DNA from: Octopus sinensis
Lineage: Eukaryota
Length of the DNA stretch: 64,000 nt
Direction of reading: 5' to 3'
Assembly (NCBI RefSeq): GCF_006345805.1
Contig: NC_043025.1
Coordinates: 4,278,001 to 4,342,000, forward strand
Shown here: positions 36,181 to 47,915 of the stretch, one piece after another
Numbering within the stretch: position 1 is the stretch's first letter
Layout: each line of letters starts with the position of its first letter
Notes under the pieces: model-generated
Databases searched by the model: none
Told to the model about the DNA's origin: nothing
What the model saw: only the letters and a program-made list of their open reading frames with translations
Program-made: the position numbers and the translations under genes

Positions 36181-36327
36181 TTATTTAAAAGCAGCAGAAT
36201 TATCACAAAAACTTAAGAGTTTCACATTCCGTTGGTCGGACAGTTTTGTTAGAAAAATCTGCCTGACGAACAGGAACGTGAAACTCTTGAGTAACAGTTT
36301 TTGTGATATTTCTGCTGCTTTTAAATA
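36181..36327. mobile_element. Penelope-type inverted-repeat terminus
   Basis: Inverted arms ~36181-36243 and ~36259-36327. Confidence 0.7.
36259..36297 (+). ncRNA. Minimal type I hammerhead ribozyme
   Basis: CTGC-CTGACGA-AC/AGGAAC/GT-GAAA-CTCTTGAG-TA-ACAG; the mirror arm has CTGT, which would complete stem I. Confidence 0.65.
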
Positions 36328-36329
36328 AA

Positions 36330-36764
36330 GTATATATATATATTTGTATATATGTATATATGTGTGTGTATATATATGTATATATGTGTGTGTATATATA
36401 TGTATATATGTGTGTGTATATATATGTATATACATACATATATATATTTGTAATATGTATATGTGTGTGTATATATATGTATATACATACATATATATAT
36501 TTGTAATATGTATATATATATTTGTATATATATGTATATACATACATATATATATTTGTAATATATATATATGTGTGTGTATATATGTATATACATACAT
36601 ATATATATTTGTAATATGTATTTATATATATGTGTGTATATATATGTATATACATACATATATATATTTGTAATATGTGTATATATATGTATATGCATAA
36701 ATATATTTGTAATATGTATATATATATGTGTATGTATATATATCTATATACGTACATGTATGTA

Positions 36765-36800
<36 letters not shown>
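36330..36800. repeat. AT-rich compound micro/minisatellite
   Basis: Repeating TATATATTTGTAATATG / TGTGTGTATA modules. Confidence 0.9.
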
Positions 36801-36802
<2 letters not shown>

Positions 36803-38271
36803 CAATTTACATGAAGAGTACATGTGCGTATTATGTCACCAAATTTTTCTCTAATCCTTAGCAATATGAGTTTATATATTCACCTATATACACATTAAAC
36901 TCTGCATACTATATATATATATGTATATATATTCAAGTCTGTACTTGTAAATTAACGTGAATCCTCACCAAACTTCTTTTGATCCTTAGCAAGATGAGTT
37001 CATATATATACATATGTATATATGTGTATATAATATATAAAAATAAAACGTTTCTTTCCTTTTCCTTTTTCTTCCTGCCAGTTTTAGGTTTTTGGTAAGT
37101 TTTATTGGTTTGACAAAATCATGAATTATATATTTTGTTTCTTCCACAATATTTTTTTTTTTTTTGCCATTTTGTAAACGTGTATTTGTTTTTTGAAATT
37201 TATGATCTTCAGCCAATGCTGTAGGAGCATTCTGATTTTGTGGATTAATTAGGGACTTTGACCTGGTTTCTGTTGTTCCTTGGTAATTAAGAGGGGTTTT
37301 TTTTTTTTTTTTTTTTTAAGTGTAAGATTTAATAATAATAATAAACATAGCAAGAGAATTCCCTATTGCATCATAATCGTACACATGCATGGTTTATATA
37401 CTCTTTTACTTGTCTCAGTCATCTGACCGCGGCCATGCAGGAGCACCGCCCTTTTAATCGAGCAACTCGACCCCGGGACTTGTTCTTTTTGTAAGCCCAG
37501 TACTTATTCTATCGGTCTCTTTTGCCGAACCGCTAAGTGATGGGGATGTAAACACACCATCATCGGTTGTCAAGCAATGCTAGGTGGACAAACACAGACA
37601 CACAAACACACACACACACGCATATATATATATATACACATATATACGACGGGCTTCTTTCAGTTTCCGTCTACCAAATCCACTCACAAGGCTTTGGTCG
37701 GCCCGAGGCTATAGTAGAAGACACTTGCCCAAGGTGCCACGCAGTGGGACTGAACCCGGAACCATGTGGTTGGTAAGCAAGCTACTTACCACACAGTCAC
37801 TCCTGCGCCTATAAATGTCTTGCTCAAGAACACAACACACAACCTGGCCCGGGAATCGAACTCACTACCTCATGATTGTAAGCCCGACGCTCTAACCACT
37901 GAGCCGACACTCATCGAGATGTGGGTTTTGATCCCTCTGTGCAAATCTATGGTCAAATGATGTAGATAGAAAGGAGGCTGTAAAAGCAGAATGAAATGAT
38001 TGGATGCTGGTGATTTGGCATTGCTGACAGATGCTGGTGCCACATAAAAATCACCCAGTACACTCTGTAAAGTGGTTGGCATTAGGAAGGGCATCCAGCT
38101 GTAGAAATCATGCCAGAACAGACACTTGGGGCATGGTGCAGCTCTCTGGCTTGCTAGCTCCTGTCAAATTGTCCATCCGACGCTAACATGGAAAACGGGT
38201 GTTGATGATGATGATGATGACTGGACATTGAGTCTGTTTTGGTTATGTTACCTTTTGGCACTGGAGGTTAA

Positions 38272-38491
38272 CCCTTTAGTGTTTAAACCGGCCATATCTG
38301 GCCACAATATTATCCTTGTTTTATGTTCAAACTTATGATATTCAGCCTCTTACACCTACCCTACAATGTCATTCTAAAGATAAATAATCACATCATCAAA
38401 ATCTTGAAGCTATGAGACAAGGCACAATTAATTCAAAACAATGTGAATAAATAAGTATTACATTTGACAAAGTACTCTAAACACTAAAGGG
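38272..38491 (+). mobile_element. piggyBac-like MITE (closest relative of the satellite monomer)
   Basis: TTAA TSDs at both ends; interior CACCTACCCTACAATGTCATTCTAAAG...AATTCAAAACAA. Confidence 0.85.
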
Positions 38492-38599
38492 TTAAACACG
38501 TGTGTAGAAATATATGCAAGCAGAGAAACATTGCAGTCTATTAATTGAACATGATGGGCTTAAAGACCTTTCCCTTTCCTCATGACTCGACTGACTTGA

Positions 38600-39063
38600 C
38601 AGCATTCACCCGGGGTGGGTTGAGCTGGCTTCATTCATCCTCAATGCCGCATCTCTCACAAACGCCGACCAGGCCTGGCGATTTGAGGCTAACGACCGCG
38701 TGATCTCCAACCACTCTTTATTCCCGTGGCGAATGCCGTAGATATGGGAGCCTAGGTTGGGTTCCAGATCAACCTCGACTGTCATCAGCCAGGTTTTTCA
38801 TTGTCTACCACATCGCTTTTGCCAACCCTGAAGGGGAGCTGGGGCAATTGCTTCGTAGGTTGGGTTCCAGATCAGCCTCGACTGTCATCAGCCAGGTTTT
38901 TCATTGTCTACCACATCGCTTTTGCCAACCCTGAAGGGGAGCTGGGGCAATTGCTTCGTAGGTTGGGTTCCAGATCAGCCTCGACTGTCATCAGCCAGGT
39001 TTTTCATTGTCTACCACATCGCTTTTGCCAACCCTGAAGGGGAGCTGGGGCAATTGCTTCGTA
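38600..39063 (-). mobile_element. RTE LINE 3' fragment with a 103-bp triplication at its truncated 5' end
   Basis: GWQKRCGRQ*KTWLMTVEADLEPNLG...NRQAWSAFVRD...STHPG*; three near-identical units at 38754-39063. Confidence 0.75.
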
Positions 39064-40524
39064 GATGAATTCTCCTCATACACAGGAAGGGAAATGTGCT
39101 CATAAACAGAGAGAGAAAGAGAAATTATAATTAATTGAACAGAAATGACATGAACCCTTTCCCTCTCGTCAGACACATAAAGAGAAATATACTCACACAT
39201 CTTTCAAGCGTTGGGCCTCATGGAAGCGTTGGGCCTCTTATGACCGAAATCTTTGATAATATGCCCTGCTTGAGAAGAAGACCCATCGAGGCAAGTGTAA
39301 TCGTAGCTGTGGCAGATACTGGTGTCATGCACAGTGGCACATAAAAGTGGTCATTACACTTGGAGTGGTTGGCATTAGGAAGGACATCCAGCCATAGAAA
39401 CCATGTCAGATCAGACCGTCAAACCGTCCAACTCCTGCCAGGATGGGCAACAGATGTTAGATGATGATGATGGCATAAAGCAGAGAGGAAGGCTTTACAG
39501 TTTATTAATTCAACTTGATTGACATATATAAAGGCTTCCCCTCTCCTCACACACACACACAAACAGAGACGGAGAGAAATTAGAATTTATTGATTAGACA
39601 CAATTGACAGGAGATATGCTCACATGAGAACAGGGAGAGAGGCAAAGTACAATTTATTTATTAACTGAACATGATTGCCATGAATACTTTCCCCTCTCCT
39701 CATTGCCATAAACAGAAGAAATAGGCTCCACACACATGAACAAAGAGAGAGAGAAACATTAAAATGTCTGGTGTCAGCTGATAAATCGGCGTTGACCCAG
39801 CAATGCCGAAAAAGTGGCGCCAAAAGGGCCAGGCCCTTTTCCTTGTGCAAAAGCCCTTCAGTTGGTCTCCGCCTCTCTTTTAAAGGGCTCGGCCTTGTGG
39901 CACTGCACAAGTAAAATGTTGAGGACTATTGAATGTCCTGTAACATCAATTCTTGTCCAAAATCTTCAGAATTTAGACTTTTTTCATTTAATTATTAATT
40001 ATTTCTAATATCTACAATATTTCACATGTCAAATTTTGCGGGGGTTTTTTTTGTATATATTTGTTATACTTCTGATAAGGTTGTATTTATGATTTAAAAA
40101 AAAAAAAGCAATTATAGTTTTGTGTATAATTAAGAAAGTATGTAATTAAGTATGCATGAGATGGTGGGTGCTTGGGGCAATTGGTAATTAATTTAATACA
40201 ATTTAATTATTGGTTAATTATATATATATTTATTTTTTTTCACTGATCCCTTAAAAATTATGTTACAAAATAAATAAAGAAAAATAAGTTTAAGTAAAGT
40301 TTGTTGTCTAATTTCGTATTTCATGACTAATTAGTCAAATACTAATAGCTTTTGTAATTAGAGTAAAAAAAAAAATAATGAAGAGACAAAAAATGCAATT
40401 ATTTCCATAATTATCTGAAACTTGCTGTTTCAATGTTTAGTGAAGGTTCGTTTAAATTAGTGTAACAACAATTAAAATAATAATTAAAGTGTTAATAACA
40501 CTGAGTATGTGTGTGCATATGCAC

Positions 40525-40578
<54 letters not shown>

Positions 40579-41346
40579 TACACACACACACAGATATATA
40601 CATAGATAAATGTATGTACATATGTATATATACATATATTTATATATAAGAAACATAATAAAAAAAATAAAAACAACAAACCTACAAAAAAAAATATCGA
40701 ACTCTATGCATGATTCAAAGACCAGATGTAACTAGATTTTTTGCTTTCACATATTTAACCTGAAGTCATCAAGCGCCACTATGATGGCCCGACTGCTTGG
40801 CTGTGTAAGAAATCACCACTCGTATAATGCGTAAGTACACACAGATTGGCAAGCTTTTGCCTTTCTGAACTCTTTTTTTCATCCTCATATATTATTGTTA
40901 TTCTTCTTCTTATTATTATTAATTTAAAAAAAAAAGGAAGACCTGGTAGTCAATATGTATGTATGTATGCATATATTTTGTTTTTATTATTTAAGAAGAA
41001 AAAAAAATGATTTTGGTATATGGCAGTGAGTTATGTTACTGAATTCCTACCCCCCACTCTTAAAGGCAAGGCATGACTTCCGTAATTTTCCCCCCCACTT
41101 TTCTCTCCTGTAAATCCTACCATTATAATTCGTGTGTGTGTGTGTTTTGATTTATACAACTTTTCTTAGGCACATCCTATTATGCTCAATGCCAGTCATG
41201 GCCCATCTTTTTGCCAGAAGTAGGCCACGTGAGACCTGGAACGTCATCAGGCAGGCTGTACTAGTTTGCGCATGACTGCTTTTCACCCTACATTTAATAT
41301 CTTAGATTACTTCCCCTGTGTGCTGGTGTGTGCATGCATATATATA

Positions 41347-41761
41347 TGTTTCTTTATTACCCACAAGGGGCTAAACATAGAGGGGACAAACAAGACAGAC
41401 AAACGGATTAAGACGATTACATCGACCCCAGTGCTTAACTGGTACTTAATTTATCGACCCCGAATGGATGAAAGGCAAAGTCGACCTCGATAGAATTTGA
41501 ACTCAGAACGTAACGACAGACGAAATACCTATTTCTTTACTACCCACAAGGGGCTAAACATAGAGGGGACAAACAAGGACAGACATAGGTATTAAGTCGA
41601 TTACAGCGGACCCCAGTGCGTAACTGGTACTTAATTTATCGACCCCGAATGGATGAAAGGCAAAGTCGACCTCGGCGGAATTTGAACTCAGAACGTAACG
41701 GCAGATGAAATACGGCTACGCATTTCGCCCGGCGTGCTAACGATTCTGCCAGCTCGCCGCC
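41347..41761 (-). mobile_element. SINE family B dimer
   Basis: Same junction as the other multimers. Confidence 0.9.
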
Positions 41762-41764
41762 TGC

Positions 41765-41798
<34 letters not shown>

Positions 41799-43599
41799 AG
41801 ATGCTTGTATGTTTATACATGTATGCATATGTCTGAGTGTGTGTATGTGTTATATGTATATAACTGTTCAAACTAATGAGTAGTGTCCACACAGATAAAA
41901 TCATATAAATCATACACACCGTATGTGTGTATAAAACTGCAGTATCATGCGGCTGTAATTGAAGGGGAGCAGATCTACAGATTTCTTTATCATTTTTTTG
42001 TGCCACCAGTTATCTTTCCAACTATCCAGAACCAATAAATTTGACACCCATCCCTCTCCACTCTCATTTTACATTGATCACCCTTACTGTGCAAGTAGTT
42101 ATGTCTCCCTCTCTTTTAAATTATATTTGCACCTCTGACCGGCTTCACCCCTAACACTCTACGCCTCACTACCCACACATATTCTTTGCATCCTTTACTC
42201 TCCCATCACTGACCTGTCATTTCTATCTCTGATCCTTCCCCTATCTACTTACTTTTCACCACTTCCCTTTTCCTACACCTTGTACTTACCATTCACTACG
42301 CCCACACAGACACCTTATCACCACTATTTTTACTTCTTACTCCCCTCCTGATTACCCTCCACCCTCTCTACTAAACTGATTACCCATGCAGCCCTTTCGC
42401 TACAAGAAACCTGTTTTGGCCTCTTCTTTTATATTCTAACTCCTTATCTCTTAGCATAAAGCCATCTCTCTTTTGGTTTGTAGTCTTGCAAGCTGCATGG
42501 CAACCTCTTTAGTGCTGGTTGCATGAAATATGTACCTGGGACAGGTTGTAAAGTGGTTGGTGTTAGAACATCCAACTATTGAAACCATACCAATGTAGAA
42601 GGTAAGTGGAGCCTGGTGCAATCCTGAGATCTTTCTCATCCTGCCGAACCATCCAACCCATGCCAGCACGGAAGGGAGATATTTAGTGATGATGGTGATA
42701 TGTATATGTCTTCATCGTAAACATTTCACATCTGCTTTCCATGCTGGCATGGGTTGGGTGGGTTGGCAGGATCTGATGAGCTGGAGGACTGCACTGAGCT
42801 TGAATTTCTTCTACTTTGGCATGGTTTCTTAGCTGGGTGCCTTTCCTAATGCCAACCACTTTACAGAGTGTACCAGGTGCATTTTTCATGTCACCTCTGC
42901 TGAGCGTGATGGTGGTAGGGCTGTAATAAAGAAGGTGGTGGATCTATGACAGGTGACGAGAGGCTAAATATGATAGAGACACAGGAACAGATGTCTTGTT
43001 GTAGAGGAGATACAAGGCTACCCTTCATTATATAATTAATTCATTTATTGGCCACAAGGGCTAACAAAAATCAATTGAAACATAAAGGGACAAAACACAG
43101 GACGAAAGTTACAAAGGGTTTTGTCCGTTTGAAAAAAAAAAGGTCCGTGTACAAAAGCAGGATAACAATGAAAAATCAGTAACAATTAAAACTCCCAATA
43201 GGGGGAGGCACTTCGAAAGGTTACTCGTGGAAAAACCCATAAAAGCCACGAGAGCCTGGTCAAAAGGGGGGGTAGAGAGCTCCTCTTTCCTTTTATATTT
43301 CCTTTTAATTTTTCACAGGTGTATCCTCAGAATTGGTCTGTTCCCCTCATTATATAATGCAAAGAAGGCAGTTACTGGAAAGAGATAAAAACGATGGCGA
43401 CAAAGTATCAGGGCACATCTTCAAGAGAATGAGTATAAGAGAGAATATGGCCCACTCTCTTCTTAATTAGTTGAGCCCTAACTCTTTTTGTAACTAACAT
43501 GGTCCAGCAGTTCAACACTTCTGTATGTACTTCTCTAAGGTGTCTCCTTCATCCTTGTAACTGTTGACTATGATGCTGCTATACCAGTCATTAGATAGG

Positions 43600-44256
43600 A
43601 TACTTTCCTGTACAGCGTGATCACGGTGGCACTTAAAGGGCACCATTCGAGCATGATCATTACCAGCGTCGCCTTACTGGCACTTGTGCCCATGCTAGTA
43701 AGGTGCCAAGAGCACCATCCAAGCGTGATCACTGGCAGAGCAGCCAACCGGCTTCTGTGCCGGTGACACTTGAAGGGCACCATTCAAGCATGATCGTTAC
43801 CAGCGTCCTTACTGGCACTTGTGCCCATGCTTGTAGGGTGCCAAGAGCACCATCCAAGCATGATCGTTGCCAGAGCAGCCAACCGGCTTCCGTGCCGGTG
43901 GCACTTAAAGGGCGCCATTCTTGAATGGCGCCCTTTAAGTTACCATTTAAGTTACCTTTAAGTAGCATGATCGTTACCAAAGTCGCCTTACTGGCACCTG
44001 TGCTGGTGGCATATGTAAAAAGATTTGAGCGAGGTCGTTGCCAGTACCGCCTGACTGGCCCCCGTGCCGGTGGCATGTAAAAAGCACCCACTACACTCTC
44101 GGAGTGGTTGTCATTAGGAAGGGCGTCCAGCTGTAGAAACTCTGCCAGATCAGACTGGGGCCTGGCGCAGCCATCTGGTTCGCCAGCCCTCAGTCGAAAT
44201 CGTCCAACCCATGCTAGCATGGAAAGCGGACGTTAAACGATGATGATGATGATGAA
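43600..44256 (+). mobile_element. Family C element with internal ~138-bp repeats and (GAT)n tail
   Basis: Duplicated GAGCACCATCCAAGC...GGCACC blocks; tail GGACGTTAAACGATGATG. Confidence 0.8.
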
Positions 44257-46481
44257 TCTGATTAACTATACAAGTGGTTAGGCCAGATATTTTAAAGATC
44301 TTAGTGCTAATTAATGATGGACCAGGGGCTCTCCCTGAATTCATAACTTTAATTACTATCATACTGCTGTTGACTAACGGTTGGTCCCTCTTTAAGGTTC
44401 ACATTACAAAAAGTCCCTTTCTCTCATTCATTCTCTATGTTTAGCAGCCCTTCGTAATAGCACCTCTGTGCTTCTTTCTGTTTGGACTCACTAAGTGCAA
44501 TTGTGCTATTATCCATCTGCGCACACTTCTCGCCTGCGGTATTTTGATTCTCTCTTGATACACTGTTCTGTGATTGGGAACACTTCGTGCCTTGGATTGT
44601 CAGGCTATAGGACATTATCAAGCCTCTTACTTTCTGCATGTGTATGTATGTGTGTGTGTGTGTGTGTTTTTCTTCTTTTTCCTGCCAGGAAAGCTGGTCT
44701 CTAACACAGACGCTACTGCTCGTCATTAGAATGTAGATACTGAAAATAAGGTCATATATTTTGCACTTGGAGGAAAGTCTTACATATTTTTTACTGTTCC
44801 ACTTAATGTGTATGATAGGAGGGGGGGTGATTTTTTTTTGCTTTTCTTTTTTTTTTTCTTCTGAAAATCCAAGTTTATCCAGACTGCCACGTAAGCATTT
44901 ACTCAGAAAACTAAGTGTACCAATTATTATTGTTAGTTAGTTGTTCCTTCTCGAGCCATGCCGGGCTCATAAGGGTCGGTTTCCCGGTTTCTTGGCGTAT
45001 AGGTTCCCCACCTGGACGGGATGCTGGTCCGTCACAGGTGAGCTGCAAGATGCAGGAGGAAAGAGTCAGCAGAAGTTTCGCCATTACCTTCTGCCGGAGC
45101 CTCGTGGAGCTTAGGTGTTTCGCTCATAAACACACACTTCGCCCGGTCTGAGATTCGAACCCGCGATCCCTCGACCGAACTACTAGGCCATGTGCCTCCA
45201 CACTCAACAGGGTGCATAGCTTGGAGATCAGGGAGTCTCTCCAGATCAAGCTGTTACTTTTCTGCATTGAGAGGACACAGCTCCAATACTACAGACGTGC
45301 TTAGGAAGAATCACGAGACAGATTCTTCAAGCTGAGTTATCTGGCAGGAGATCTAGGGGTGGACCAAAAACAAGCTGGTTAAATAATATCCACTGTCTCT
45401 GTTGGTCATACATGGCAATCAAGCAGAAAAGTGTAATGACAGTTGCTTCTGGGAGGACCCTAATTAAGAGGTGCCAGAAGACTCTATCTCCATGATCCTC
45501 CCAGAAATATGTAGTTATGTATGTTATGCTTTGCCATCAACATCTATTTCTTTATTACCCACAAGGGGCTAAACACAGAGAGGACTAACAAGGACAGAAA
45601 AATGGATTAAGTCGATTACATCGACCCCAGTGCGTAACTGGTACTTAATTTATCGACCCCGAAAGGATGAAAGGCAAAGTCGACCTCGGCGGAATTTGAA
45701 CTCAGAACATAGCAGCAGACGAAATACCGCTAAGCATTTCGCCGGGCGTGCTAACGTTTCTGCCAGCTCGCCGCCTTATTGCCACCAACATCGTTTAACA
45801 TCCATCTTCCATGCATGCATGGGTAGGACGGTTGACAGGAGCTGGACCGGTAGAAAAACTACCTTAGGCTACTGTGTCAGCTTTGGCAGGGGTTTTACAG
45901 CTGGTTGCCCTTCTTAACACCAACCGCTCTGCAGAATGGACTCAGTGCTGTTTACATGGCACCAGCACAAGCGAGGTTCATTTTGGCAAGGTTTTTACAG
46001 CTGGATGCCCTTCCAAATGCCAACCACCCCACAGTGTAGACTCAGTGCTTTTTACATGGCACCAGCACAAGCGACGTTCATTTTGGCAAGGTTTTTACAG
46101 CTGGATGCCCTTCCAAATGCCAGCCACGTTACATTGTGGACAGGATGTTTTTAAATTGAAAATACAAACTTTTACACTCGTTATGTTCAGGAAACGATCA
46201 AAGAGACCTCATTAGAGAAGAGTACCAATTTCTAGATATTAAGTACAATATGGTGCTTTTAAGTTCATTGTTTAGTTTAAGTAGTAGAAAACTGGGGAAA
46301 CAGAATTGATTTTCTTCTTGAAATATGTTGCATGAATCCAATTAATAATAACTGATCAATGAACTTCATTAATCCTGTTCTATATTTAAGAGATGAGGAA
46401 TTAATTACACTGTCTACATTTGACAGATATTTGTTCTCATCTTGTTTGTTGTTAAAACATTTCGGCAACTCCGAACATAAA

Positions 46482-47617
46482 GACAGATGAAATACCTATT
46501 TCTTTATTACCCACAAGGGGCTAAACACAGAGGGGACAAACAAGGACAAACATAGGTATTAAGTCGTTTACATTGACCCCAGTGCGTAACTGGTACTTAA
46601 TTTATCGACCCCGAAAGGATGAAAGGCAAAGTCGACCTCGGCAGAATTTGAACTCAGAATGTAAAAACAGAAATACCTATCTCTTTACTACCCACAAGGG
46701 ACTAAACACAGAGAGGACAAACAAGGGCAGACAAAGGGATTAAGTCGATTACATCGACTCCAGTGCGTAACTGGTACTTAATTTATCGACCCTGAAAGGA
46801 TGAAAGGCAAAGTCGACCTTGGCGGAATTTGAACTCACAACGTAACGCAGACGAAATACCGCTAAGCATTTCGCCTGACATGCTAACGTTTCTGCCAGCT
46901 TGCCGCTTTATTTATTGAGATATATTATTAGGTCTGTAAGGATGACGCAAATGGTAACATGCTGAGCAGTAATTAATTTATTAATTAATGATTGAGTTCA
47001 AATCCTGCTAATCAGCTTTCAACGCAGCATTTTATCTCACTGTTGGTCTGCTGGAAATATTTTCTATATTCAGTTCAATAGACTACAGCTGCCTCCAACA
47101 CATAATTTGTGTGTGTGTGTGTAGGTACGAATTATATTATATAAATACTCCTTCTCATGTTTTAACCCTCTCATCCTCTAAGCATAAAGCCCCCTTCCCT
47201 TTGTTGGGGGTTCAATAACTTGCAAGCTGCATGGCCACCTCAGCTGGCAGAAACGTTAGCACGCCGGGCGAAATGCTTAGCGGTATTTCGTGTGTCGCTA
47301 CGTTGTGAGTTCAAATTCCGCCGAGGTCGACTTTGCCTTTCATCCTTTCGGGGTCGATAAATTAAGTACCAGTTATGCACTGGGGTCGATGTAATCGACT
47401 TAATACCTATGTCTGTCCTTGTTTGTCCCCTCTATGTTTAGCCCCTTGTGGGTAGTAAAGAAACAGGTATTTCGTCTGTCGTTACGTTCTGAGTTCAAAT
47501 TCCGCCGAGGTCGACTTTGCTTTTCATCCTTTCGGGGTCGATAAATTAAGTACCAGTTACTCACTGGGGTCGATGTAATTGACTTAATACCTATGTCTGT
47601 CCTTGTTTGTCCCCTCA
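46482..47617. mobile_element. Two SINE B multimers in opposite orientation (46482-46908 minus; 47240-47617 plus)
   Basis: Head-to-head arrangement about 330 bp apart. Confidence 0.85.
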
Positions 47618-47915
47618 GTGGTATCATGAAAAAAAAAACCCCAGTACACTTTAGGGTGGTTGGCATTAGGAAGGGCAGCTAGCTGAAAGCAGAAACCATG
47701 CCAAATAAGACGTTGTTGCATGATGCAGTCCTTGGACCCCATCGGGTGCTAAGTGTCGATGATGATGAATAGAAATTTATGCAGAGGTAAGGGGTCACTA
47801 ATTAACCAGAATACACCAAAACCCCAAAAACATAAAGGGCAGGTATGACAACAACAATAGGACTTTTCCCTTAACATATAGGATTGTTATGCAGTAACCC
47901 TTTTGCATTTAGAGT

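Noticed and set aside
37820-37905. tRNA-like segments (also the heads of SINE A, B and D)
   Set aside because: They are SINE heads with A/B-box-like motifs but no complete cloverleaf
38754-39063. CTGATGA plus palindromic GCAATTGC on the minus strand of the 103-bp repeat as a hammerhead
   Set aside because: Stem II does not pair, A15.1-U16.1 is absent, and the sequence is explained as RTE coding sequence
39814-39840. TGGCGCC as an LTR primer-binding site
   Set aside because: The match to tRNA-Lys ends after 7 nt, and no LTR pair or gag/pol was seen
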